Assembly (NCBI GenBank): GCA_040285825.1
Contig: JAUPSS010000009.1
Location: 806,001 to 870,000, forward strand
Reading direction: 5' to 3'
DNA: 64,000 nucleotides
Source: Eukaryota sp. TZLM1-RC
Lineage: Eukaryota > Protista > Metamonada: BaSk clade
The notes under the pieces were generated by a model. That model worked only from the letters and a program-made list of their open reading frames with translations. It ran no database searches and was not told the DNA's origin. Below, piece by piece: positions 1 through 11,147 of this stretch (position 1 is its first letter; every line of letters starts with the position of its first letter). The position numbers and the translations under genes are program-made.

Positions 1-122
1 AAGCATTGTTCTTTTCCAAATAAGGAACAAAATACAGTTTCATTGTTGATATTACAATAATTTACCAACAAAAGATTGAAAAGGATGGCATATAATCTTG
101 AATGTATTACACTTACAAATGG

Positions 123-2143
123 TCAACCTCCAACTAACCGCATTTTCTCTAAAAGAACTTGCTCAGATAATGTGTATCTGATCCACCATTAAACGACAAG
201 CTTTCTTGTAGTTGAACACATCATTATCTCTGGTTATTGACCTGGGGTAACGCAAGGAACCATGCAAAACATACTGATGGTTTGAGAAACGAATCGTATC
301 AGCAGGGTCTTTTTCCCAATTAACAAAGAGCTCATGATTGAATTGATCCGCCAAACACCATTGAACATCATAAGCAAATCCTTGGTCACCTACTTCAACC
401 ACAGTGCATTTTTGATCATTGACTACTTTGACGGTGACAATATCATCATATCTGGGATCAGAGAGGGCTAGTTTGAGCTTCATGATGTTTAAAAGCTTAT
501 CATCAGTGACTTGCACACATTCATGGTCACGCATCGATTCATCTTGTAGAAACGCAACATCAAAGAAACCATCATACCATACTTTAGATCCACCAGTTTC
601 ATAATAAAACAGGTCATCTTCAAGATCATATGCCTGCACTCCCTTGATGTCCTTGGTCACATACTCGAAATCTTGAATCGCTATGGGATGTATTGCTTCG
701 ACGAGATGAGTACAGCTTTTGTCAAAATCAAAGATGGGGTCATTGGTGGCTAGCTGTCTGGAATTAGAGACAAAGATCAACATACTTGTGATCAGTGTAG
801 GTACGAGACTCCCAACTTCCATCGTCTATTAGCACACGCCACTCAAGGACAAACTGATTACAAACATACCATTCAGATTCAAAGCTAAGGACTCTAGACT
901 CTAGACCAATCATTCCACTGTCCTTGTAAAGAAAGCAATTCATATCGTTGTAGTTTGTTACACCAGCTGGCACAGTGTTGGAAGGAGGAATCATTAAATC
1001 GAACGTAGTGTACATTGAAATAAATTCATCCTCATTTGGATCAAGAGCGTGCTTGTGACAAGGACCAAAATTATCCTGGTACACTTCATAAAGGTTTTCT
1101 GGGTCAAACCAGATTGTAAAGAAATTACTTTGATGTGTTGCCTTGAGAAAGTAGTGACCATTAGCATGATCGAACGCAATAAGCATCAGTTGAACAGAAT
1201 CACCATCACCAAAACGATGCTCATAACGAACGCTAGCTTGCTGGTGAGGTGGGCTTGCGATGTCTCGACACTGCCTATTGAAATCCAAGAGTGGATCATC
1301 AGCCTTGATCTTTCTATGATTACTATAAAATCTAAACAAACTTGTGGTTTCTATATCTGAAAGATTCCCAGCTACCGTTAGAGTAAAAAATTGTTAATTG
1401 TTGGACGAAACGATCATGAATGCAGTGTTCCAGTGTCACAGTGTCATTTCCAACAGCTCTTGTTGATCGGAAGAGAACACATTCAACGTCACCAACTGTC
1501 TTGGAGCCCACTTTTTCGGCATCATTTTCAGGAATAGCAAAAACCACAGCAGCACCGAGTTCCTGAAAGAGAAAAGACGTTTCAAGGCGAAGACAATAGT
1601 CTGAGACTGAACTATCACCCTTCAGGAGAGCATTTTCCTCTTCACTGTACCAGAGCTTTACATTGTTCACAGTTCGATAGTAAGTTCTCTTTTCACTGTC
1701 AAAGGCCACAGTTGCTGTAACGGTTTTATCACCAAATGATACATCGTACTCAAATTGAACCATCTGGTTTGAGTATTGACCACACTCAATCGATTCATTT
1801 CAACAAGCCCAGTCCAACTTTTTGTTCTTTTAACTGGTGCCGTTTTTTGACAAGTTGGGCATCTTTTGATGTGGTTTATGAGGTCCTTTCTCATATTAGG
1901 CCAGAAAAAGTCGCTTTTGGACAGTTTATGTAGACTGTCGTTTTTGCTGGGGTGGCATTGATGCTTCCATTTGGCTTCTTCTTGGATGCCAACACTCGAA
2001 GCCATTATTGGAGTTTGAGTATAGACCATGAAAACAACGAAACACGACAGCAATATCGATGCAAGAATGGATCCACACAAGAAACATTTCAAGCAGCAAC
2101 TGGACTGTTTCCTTTCATAGTTGGGAAAATAGGCTGAGGACAT
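123..2143 (-). pseudogene. Type II membrane protein with three ependymin/LolA-fold-like repeats; disrupted by an integrase-fragment insertion and a late frameshift
   Basis: N-terminal TM (ILASILLSCFVVFMV). Three similar units (QC..F/YEY..A(F/Y)D...Y...W(Y/F)...C...IP...C...C...W...H) are joined by GT-AG introns at 1314-1341, 758-785 and 242-274. The paralog at 20379-22162 puts the true stop at the equivalent of 123-125. Confidence 0.6.
1776..1950 (-). mobile_element. Ty3/gypsy integrase zinc-binding (HHCC) fragment inserted in the ependymin-like gene
   Basis: HPSKNDSLHKLSKSDFFWPNMRKDLINHIKRCPTCQK matches the H-P-G...(Y/F)WP.M..D...V..C..CQ motif. The same insert is at about 20572-20746. Confidence 0.75.
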
Positions 2144-3728
2144 GAGCAGAAGAACTGGACATTATATCTGGATGATCATTAAGTATAATCATCAGTTCAG
2201 TGACATCTTGTGATTTCAAAAATAATAGTTGTTTCTGTTTTTCTTGTAATAGAACAAATTAAGAGACGATAGATGAGAGCCAATCAAAAAATGTCCTCAA
2301 AATGTTTCAGGTTTATGTTGATCAATGATCACGATTGTTATATAGTGTAGATTAAACATGGATTGGCAAACTCAATATGGAAACAATGTTGGCTCATAGC
2401 CATTTAGTAGATTAGATTAATAGTTCAGTATTACGTGATGCCACATCATCAGTGATTCAATTAGATTCTTGTTCTTTTATCTTTGTTTAATTCACACTCA
2501 TTTTGTATAAACCTCGTTTTTGAATTGTTTATTATGAAATCAATGCATGCGACCCCAACAACAAAGGATTTTACATTAGGTTAAATTTTTTTTGCAAATG
2601 AGTCTATTGTGTTCCACATCGTTTAAAGTAAGATTCTTCACAGAACTGGAGTGTTTGTGTCCACAAAATTAAAACAAAAACAAATATGGGGAAACTAAAT
2701 CAAATTTATCTCATTCTCTTATCCAATTTTCCGAATTTAAGACAATAATTTGTTTTTGCACTACTGAATAGAAATTGGTTATTAGAACCATACGGTGACA
2801 AATAACATTTTTTGTGACATATCCCTCATCGATATGGTATGTCATGATCAACACTATTGTTAACATTTTCATATTTCTTTCAGCAAATACCTTTTTTTAA
2901 CAAATATAATGTATAGTTTCGTCACAAACATCTAAATACCGAGTTATTGTATTATTGAAGAAAACAAAGTAAGCAATGGATGTCATTGATTTTCGCAGTA
3001 GTCATATCAATTTTTGATCAATAATCCTACATGATCAAACAATAGCGGAGTTGAAATTGATACAAACTAAAAACAGTTTCTGCTAACCATTGGAAATTTT
3101 TTGAATTCAATATTAAAATAGACCAATAGATAGGCATAAGTTCTTTTATACTTGCAAATTGCGAATTTTTTAATTTTCCAAGGAGATCTTGAAGTTACAA
3201 ACAATATATTGTAGAAGGAACTAATGGGCAGGATTTCGTACTGTATGTTCAAATCATTGGAATGAAGAAGATGAATTGTTTGATTAGAAAACTAAAGTGG
3301 TCTACTGTTCATCATTGTTATTTAGTTTCGTTTATTTATTTTATTATAAAGACAAGTTTTACTGTGGGACCTACATAATTGCAATAATTTATTGGTTCCA
3401 ATTTGGGTCTAGTTGGGAGGTCTAGCAACAAATTGCCAATTCAGTTATTCAGACCCCTGATTTTGTTTATCATAGTCTGTTTGATCTCAAAGTACCATAC
3501 AATTGGATTCAATTTGGATTGAAATTGGTTAGTTATACGCTCGTTTTAAGTAAAAAGGATTACAACCCTTTTCCAATTTTTCGAACGCCCTGGCACTAAC
3601 ATTAGTTTTGAAAATTGAGTAAAGGAAAAATTTCTCACTGATCAATTTTCATATTCATTTGATGACCAAAATGAAATCAAAAACAATTTGCAATCAATCG
3701 ACAATACTTGTATCTTCAACATTCAAGA

Positions 3729-4759
3729 ATGAGTACTAACGTCATCAAAGGTGCTTTAGAGACAGTCTTCGGTCAAGCGCTTAGTACATCTTCAGATCCT
3801 GATGTAGTGGCTCCGATCACGTTCTTTGACTTACACCATCTTTCTCTTCAGTGTGGCGCAGTAGGAGATCGTAGCCCTGATCTCATCACGGATGCCGTAG
3901 GACGTGGGCCTCCTGCCTCTAGCAACAGGCATTCGTCCCGGATCTCCGAACCCGATGGTCTGAAAGTTAAAACTTTGACAGGAAAAATCATTCCAATTGA
4001 TTTGCAAGAACTAGACACCGTTGAATCACTTAAGTACAAAATTCAAGAACGGGAAGGTATCCCCCCAGATCAACAACGGCTGATTTTTGCTGGAAGGCAG
4101 CTCCAAGAGGACCAACTTCTATCATCTTGTGGTGTACAGAATAATTCAACAATTCACCTAGTTCTACGTCTCCGTGGTGGCAATGCTGAAGTAAGACCAT
4201 ATGGTTTTGATATGAACATTGTGGACTCTGCCTTTAGCTTTGACTTTACAAACTTAAAAGACGATGGTACCGTTTTCTATCGTGGAAAACACAGATACTA
4301 TCGCCCATATGGATGGAACAGAATTGCATTGAAAGTGAAAGACAAGTTCAATGATGGTAACGAATGGCTAGGTACCCAGGGACTACGAACAAAGTCCAAC
4401 GCCAATGAATGGCCAGTTTCGTACCATGGTACCGCACACAACAGCGCCAACACTATCGCAAATGATGGTTTCAATCTCTCAAAGGGGAGAAGATTTCTCT
4501 TTGGTCATGGTATACCCTCATCATTTTGTTGCTCATCCAAGGTGTTTACACAACTCCCGACGTTGAAGTAGCAGCACTGTACGCACCAACATATGAAGCT
4601 GATGGTCGACGCTTTAAGGTTGTATTGCAAAATAGAGTCAACCCAGCTTCTGACAGACTGATCATTATTTCCAAAAAGAAAACCAAAGTGGGTGAATATT
4701 GGGTGTCTAAAGATGATGTTGATGTACGTCCATATGGCTTGCTCATCAAGGAGGTATAG
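3729..4759 (+). CDS. Ubiquitin domain fused to a NEURL4-like (PARP/DTX-fold, H-Y-E) ADP-ribosyltransferase; 332 aa, one intron at 4510-4541
   Basis: Ub domain KVKTLTGK...[13 protein letters not shown]...HLVLRLRGG, then [24 protein letters not shown]|[27 protein letters not shown] 32-nt GT..AG intron restores the frame. Confidence 0.85.
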
Positions 4760-5039
4760 TTCGTTGTAGTTTTTAACTAGAATTGTAAATAAATGATATA
4801 ACACAACAAACCATGTTTTGCTGGTTTTGCAATTATCATCTTGGGTTGTCAGAGTCTCCAGTGATAAGCTGTTTTGATGCTAAGGAGGCAGGACTTGAAC
4901 ATATAGAGCTTTATTTGTCTGAATAATATTTCGTTTGTTGTTGAAAAAAATTGATTTGGTGGAAAATGAATGGTTGTTCGCCATCTAGTATTTCTATTAA
5001 TGAACTTTTATTAAATCTACACACTTGGCAAAATCAACT

Positions 5040-5398
5040 CATATCTAATGGGGCGAAATTCATGGAACCAAAATTTCCTCTACAAAATCTTGATCTGCTT
5101 GTTGTCTAGCTAAAGCTTCTCTCATTCGATTGAAAAACCGAGGCAATCTATATGTAATGGCAAACTGAATCCAAGAACGCCATGAAAAGATATCAAATCC
5201 TTTAGTTGTTTTTTCTTGAACCATTTTGTGGAAATCATTCAAAACAGTTCCTGCTTCTAGTGAGAGTCTTCCGTTTGTCGAAAATGGGAAAGCAATAAAA
5301 GCAAGTGTTCTATTTCTATCAGTATTAGCTTCTTCGATATCTTTATCATATTTTCTATGTTTTTCTTAGCTTTAAATTCAAGAGCACTTACAGGATTG
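5040..5398 (-). mobile_element. 3' fragment of RLE non-LTR retrotransposon family A
   Basis: FDIFSWRSWIQFAI...LARQQADQDFVEEILV matches the C-terminus of the 17271-18458 ORF. Confidence 0.9.
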
Positions 5399-6089
5399 GG
5401 TATGCTGTTGTTCAAAGAAATGTATGTAAGAATAAGGCACCAGGTTCATCACTATTTGTCACCATTGTGACTCGACCAACTGAGTTATCAGCTGCTAAGG
5501 ATGCTTTTGTATCTAAAATCAGTATTAAATATTGAAGTTGACCATTTACCAAAAGCGACAAGATGTACTGTTTCGAGTGGTTTGTAACTCACCTGGGCAT
5601 GTAATCATGTATTCGGACCAAACATGGTGCAAAGAAGAGATATAAAGGCTTCATTAATACGAAAAATTCAGAACCCTTTCATTTCCTAAAAACAAAAACT
5701 GACAGAAATACTGTCACCAGATAAAATCGGTTCTGAAGACCGAGAAAATAGAAGATGATTGGATTTAATAACACTAAACGCATTGGTTGACTATGATTCC
5801 TTCGATGTTGCAAATTCAACTTTTGTTCAGAGAAGAAAATTAAATCATATAGATGTACTCACATTCAAAGCAAAAGAGAAAGACAAAAAATTTGAAAAAT
5901 TTGAAAAATACAAAGGTTGACTGATGTTGAAGAAACCGATACCAATAAAAATTGACTAACCTAAAATCTAAAAATCTAACCTATTGGTTCTGATTATATG
6001 AAGTGCTTTAGTTCAATAAAAATTGTTTTTTCACAATAGCTGTGCTTCACAAGAATTAATCATGCCATTAAGACCAAGTTTGTTCTTTT

Positions 6090-6309
6090 TTTAGAACTCT
6101 TAGGTCACAAGGTAGTATAATGAAGTATACAGATATATCGTATATATTCTACTTTTATATATACTTGTATACTTGCTGTACGTACTTGTTCAACAAGGTA
6201 TGTATATTATATATACGTAATAATATAATATAAATATAATATATAGGTGTGTATAATTGGGTGCGCACCGACTGAACAATTTGTCGCACCATTGCACCGC
6301 ACAACACTG
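6090..6309. mobile_element. Right end of a hAT-type MITE (same family as 43633-44179)
   Basis: Shares TTAGAACTCT.AGGTCACAAGGT and GGTGCGCACCGACTGA with 43950-44179. Ends in ...GCACAACACTG (reverse complement CAGTGTT). Confidence 0.7.
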
Positions 6310-6341
6310 AATTTATCAAAAATTCATCGCATTCATATTCA

Positions 6342-8346
6342 ATGTCAAATCGTCGAGCTCCAACCTGTGACGAGACGTTTTCCCATTTTGCTGTCTGTCG
6401 TCCTCCTTGGAAACACCGTCGTCAAGATTTCAGCTCACCATCTATATGTGAGTCATACAAATGCTGTCTCTCTTCTCTACACATCCTCACAGACCTCCGT
6501 AACACCCCTCATCTCCGTGACTACACCCTTCGATTCAAGGGCGAAGAGTTTCCTGTTCATCGTGCTCTTTTGGTACTCTACTCAAAGTACTATCACAAGC
6601 TCTTCACTCTCAATTGGGTAGATTCAGATGATTCTTCAAGCGATTACGACCATCTTCCCGTCTCTTAGTCCTCCCTCAAAATCTTCCTCGATTACTTTTA
6701 TGGAGAAAGTATCGAATTCACTCCTGAAACGTTTTATCATTTCAGGTACCTCTCATCCTTTTTCGAGGTAGATTCACTCAAGGAGGCTTGCGATCATGTC
6801 ATATCTGTTCACTTTCAATCCCCTGACTGGCTCCTTCCTGCTGTGGTCAATGCTGATGTTAATGAAGACCAAAAACTCTTAATAAAGATAGGTTCCTACA
6901 TTAACTCAACAATTTTGGAACCACTCTCTCTTTCTTTTGCCTCTCTCTTGCTTGGTAGAAGAGCAGCAAGCTGAATCTTTTTGGTTGGTGAGGTCTGTGG
7001 TTAGGTCTTGGAAGAAGAACAATTTGTCTGATTGTCAAGTGGAAAAGTTGCTTGATATGATTGACTCTGAGGAATTGAAGATTGAAGAACTTTATGAAGA
7101 TGTTTTTCTGTCTTTTTATCAGCAAAGTCAATTTAATGAATTTTGTTTGAATTTTCTATTAAACATTTCAAAAATAATTCACAAATTCCACCTAAATGGT
7201 TCTTTTGGGTTTTGAAAATGGCTAATGAAAAACAAATTCATTTAGAATTTTTATCATCTTTTTTAATTAATCAAAACCGTGAAGAAAATGTTTTGGAATT
7301 AAGTTTTGAATCTTTTAAAGTATTTCAGCAATTAAAAAGCAAAAAAATAGGCATTTGGTTATTAAATTGTTTGAAGTTGAATTGTTTTGATTGGAATATT
7401 GATCAATTTAGTGAATTTTTAATTGGTTTTGATTTAAACTTATTTAATCCAAATGAAATTCAAGAATTGTTCATTAAACCATTTAATTCAATTGAAAAGT
7501 TTGTTGTGGTTATAAGTAAGTTTAATAATGAAATTGTTGTCCCTTTATTAACTGAAAAATTTGAAAATACTATCAAAGAAAAATGTGAGCATTTTTCAAA
7601 AAAGCAATCAAATTTAAGTCAGGAATTAGCTGAAACAGTTCAAATGAATAGTCAATTAACCACCCAAATTCAAGAATTAGATCACAAACTGCAGTTTAAA
7701 AACCAAATAATTCAATCAAATTTATCATTAATTAAGGTTTGTGTGTGGGCTGATTCAAGTTTGCATAATGACATTACCGAAAAAATTCACAACAGCATTA
7801 TGCAAAATTAGCCTAATCTAAACGTACGAATTACCTCATCTAATGAACCAAAATTAAACAACATTAATAATTATGATGTTGTTTTGTATAATACTTATAA
7901 TTTAACCATTCAAGCCACATTACTCCAACAAATAGTAGAAGCTGGTAAAGGCTTAGTTTTGTTTAGTTGCTTTGGAAATCGTATTAAGGGTGATTTTAAA
8001 TATGGAGCATTCAAGGGTTTGAGTGGTTGGAAATCATTTGGCTCTTACATTGAACTTAAATTGAACCAACTCTAACCAGAGTGATTTAATCATGAAATCA
8101 GTAAACTCTTTTTCTTGTCAGTATTGTGCAAAATACACTTACATCAACCCTGAATTTGAATCAGTTGCTACCTTGAAAAATGGAGATCCTTTGGTGTTGA
8201 AGAGTAAATATAACAAAAGTAGAGTGGTGGATTTTGCATCAGTTGGTCATAGTACTGATAGAAGTAGTTCGGGGTGGAAAAGCTCCACAGATGGTCATTT
8301 ATTACTGGCAAATTCAATAGTTTGGGTTTCTGGAAGGGATGACTAA
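6342..8346 (+). pseudogene. BTB/POZ - coiled coil - class I GATase-like domain protein, disrupted
   Basis: DYTLRFKGEEFPVHRALLVLYSKYYHKLF and IFLDYFYG form the BTB. In-frame TAGs at 6666-6668 and 7809-7811; frameshifts near 6940, 7143 and 8075. The C-terminal NNYDVVL...VEAGKGLVLF...NGDPLV...LLLANSIVWV resembles the repeats in 11148-14327. Confidence 0.75.
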
Positions 8347-8654
8347 TAAACTTGACATTTTTCTTTAGGTTTAATTTGAATTACTTCGTTTTTCCACATT
8401 TTTTGCATTGGTATATTCCAGCACATGATTAATCAAGCTTATTTATTGAAACTGCTGTTACTTCACTATTGAGTAGAACGTCGAAATCATGGCTAGGTGT
8501 CACTAGAACTGCTGGTGTGGATCGCTTGTATTTATTTGGAAGATCTATTTGGAAAAGAAAATTTAATTCTATCAAAAAGTGCAAGAAATATTCTTTATTG
8601 ATTGGAGAAAAAAATTTAATTTATTATTTGAATCAATAATGCCAGACAATTTTT

Positions 8655-9215
8655 TTATTTAACTTCCACACTTAACAAAATAAACTCATAACTAATGGGA
8701 CGAAATTCATTGAACCAAGATTTCCTCTTCAAAATCTTGATCTGCTTGTTGTCTAGCTAAAGCTTCTCTTATTCGATTGAAAAACCGAAGTATTCTATCA
8801 ATAATTGTTAATTGAATCCGAGAGTGCCAAAATAAGATATCAAATCTTCTCATTATATTTTTTGGAAATCATTTAAAGAGGTTCCAGCTTCTACTGATAG
8901 TCTTTCGTTTATAGAACATAGGAAAGCAATAAAAACAAGTTGTCTGTTTCTATCACCATTAGCTTCTTCAACATCTTTGTCATATTTTCTATGTATTTCT
9001 TTAGCTTTAAGTTCCAGAAAACCTACAAGATTCAATTGTCTTCTTTGAACCAAAGTGTCATTTGCAACATTACAGGAGACAAAGTCAACAACAGCTTCAG
9101 CGTTCTGAATCCAATCACAGTATACATCACCTCTATCATCAGAACCAAAATTATTCAATGACAGTGTTTCTTTCAGCAGAGGCTCTTTGATACACGAAAT
9201 TCTTGCAGTTTGATA
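8655..9215 (-). mobile_element. 3' fragment of RLE non-LTR retrotransposon family A
   Basis: QTARISCIKEPLLKETLSLNNFGSDDRGDVYCDW is nearly identical to the 17271 ORF; the 3' UTR is present. Confidence 0.9.
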
Positions 9216-9699
9216 AAGTGAATTCATTTAATCAATAATTTATCATTTTTGTATCATTTTTGTTCAATGTGTCTTGAACTGTTTGTGTTGCTACTGGGTT
9301 TCAGTTTCTAACGTATACTGACGAATTGCTGGTTGAAGATCTAAACAGCACTCCTTTCCTCGGATCCAATTTTGTTTTGCTTTTAAGAGACTCAATAGAT
9401 ATCTGCATAAGACAGAGGTTGTAAAGAAGTTAATACAATATAATGATGTGTTTATTGTTTATTGTTTTTTTTGGTAAACTTTTTTTTCAAGCCACACATT
9501 GTTGTGTTTGGAACATGTTTTCAAAAGTGCTTTTTTGGGATATAGGTTTAGTAAAGTGCGTTTTAGGGAGAAAATTCTATCATTTATTTACAATTCTAGT
9601 TCCTTTGCTTTTGAATTTGGCTGATGAAGCTGACAAAAATTTTCTGGGTGATAGCCGCGGTGATGTGTTAGTTCCCGGTCTTGATTGATCAATGATCAT

Positions 9700-10750
9700 T
9701 ATTGACGTCAGACCTACTGATTTATCAAACAGCTCAATTAAAAAAAAGGCACCATCTTATAATTGACCTCTATGTAGAGTTGAAAAAGCGAAAATTATCA
9801 AATATGTTGAAAAAAATAAATAATCTGAATTCCAACTCACATACTCAATACTTTCTTTGTCCTTTTGCCTTTTCTGTATTTGAAACCTTGGGTGAAACTG
9901 CGTTATCTTTTATAAACGATTTTTAAGGTTTAAGAAAAAAAAACAAAAAATGGTTTAAAAACAGTATTAAGAGAATTGAAAACATTTTATAGCAATCACG
10001 AACTCTACATGTTACATTTAAAGGTTTTTAAAGGTGATGTTGATTTACGTCCATATAGCTTCCTCATCCTGGAAGTACAGATCGTCATTGCTTTTTAACA
10101 TAAGATAGACAATAATGTTTTTGTAGAACAATTATGTTTTGCATTATTGTAATTATTTCGTCATGTCCGAATCATATCGAGTATATTCCTTTTCAGAACC
10201 TTTGCTATCAAAAGTAATTCTCCATGACCCCAATACTGATAGTACGCGCTGCAACAGAACTTCTGTGGCTCTGACAAGAGGTTGGTTGTTCCCGGCTTAA
10301 ATGGTAGTATTACCATTTCAGATGCCATGTCCATAGACCCTTGTAATTCCTCTAACGAACATTTCATTAACTCAGATGTAAATAATCCTCTTTTTGCTGG
10401 CGAAAAAAATACAAAATTGCTAATTACAGAAGTATGCGAAAGCTATTTCTTTTGTCAATGAAAATTTTCATGTCCAATTGAATTTATATCCCTTTGTTAT
10501 TTCCTTGCTGAAATCTTTAGGTAAAGCTGCTATGGCTTTCCTCGAGGATTTTGATGTAGTTGTAAAAGAAAGAACTGGAAGAATTTTCAATGGTGTTCAC
10601 TGGCAAAACAGGATTGTATTTTCTATTTTTAAGGGAATTGTGAAAAAAATTTGTGATTCACTCTCTTCTTTTGGGAAATTTTCTGAATCTTCAGTTCTCA
10701 ATTGTTTTGATGTAGGGGAGGCAGATTTTGAGGATGTTGAGCTTTAGTTG
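9700..10750 (+). mobile_element. Decayed 3' RLE-domain fragments of a second non-LTR family (9700-9940 and 10478-10747)
   Basis: YFLCPFAFSVFETLGETALSFINDF and LYPFVIS...LEDF.VVVKERTGRIFN..WQNRIVFSIFK parallel the RLE C-terminus of family A. Confidence 0.6.
10030..10150 (+). pseudogene. 3'-end remnant of a ubiquitin-ART paralog
   Basis: GATGTTGATTTACGTCCATATAGCTTCCTCATC (DVDLRPYSFLI) matches 4714-4747. Confidence 0.6.
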
Positions 10751-11147
10751 TGTATTTGATGATCTTTTTTCCTTATTCGATAAATACAGAATTCTTTCGT
10801 TTGCTTACTATTCCTGGTTTTGAACGTAATTGATTTAAATTATTGTGTGACTAAACCCGTTATTTGTAACCAGACAAGGTTGTTGTTTTCGTTCTAAGAG
10901 CTTTCAGATTCGATATCCAATAGAACTGTGAAATTCATCCAAAGTTTCAACATTTCTGAATGAAGAAGAAATTCAACAAAATTTGTGAGAAAAAGACAGT
11001 TTTTGTATCCAAAGTGTTTGGTGACATTTAAGAACAACTTTAGAAGATTCATCAAATTTGTTGTATTTCAACTTAATAATGGTAAGAATTCAAAGATGAA
11101 AAAGTCAATAATAAAAACAAAATTAATTGAAATCAAAACAATATAAA

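Larger units (their letters stand above)
1..5398. repeat. Left arm of a large inverted segmental duplication (pairs with 14850-22284)
   Basis: Position 1 pairs with 22284, about 2530 with 20003, 3123-3238 with 19862-19992, 3260-3620 with about 18945-19310, and 3662-5398 with 14850-16590. The arm may extend beyond the window start. Confidence 0.95.

Noticed and set aside
163-2143. Operon-like string of four overlapping genes
   Set aside because: The overlaps are explained by small spliceosomal introns and one insertion in a single eukaryotic gene.
6666-7811. TAG reassignment or readthrough suggested by in-frame TAGs (also in Fanzor)
   Set aside because: Intact genes end in TAG (4759, 46441, 48323, 48761, 56279), and the same broken genes also contain frameshifts, so ordinary decay explains it.
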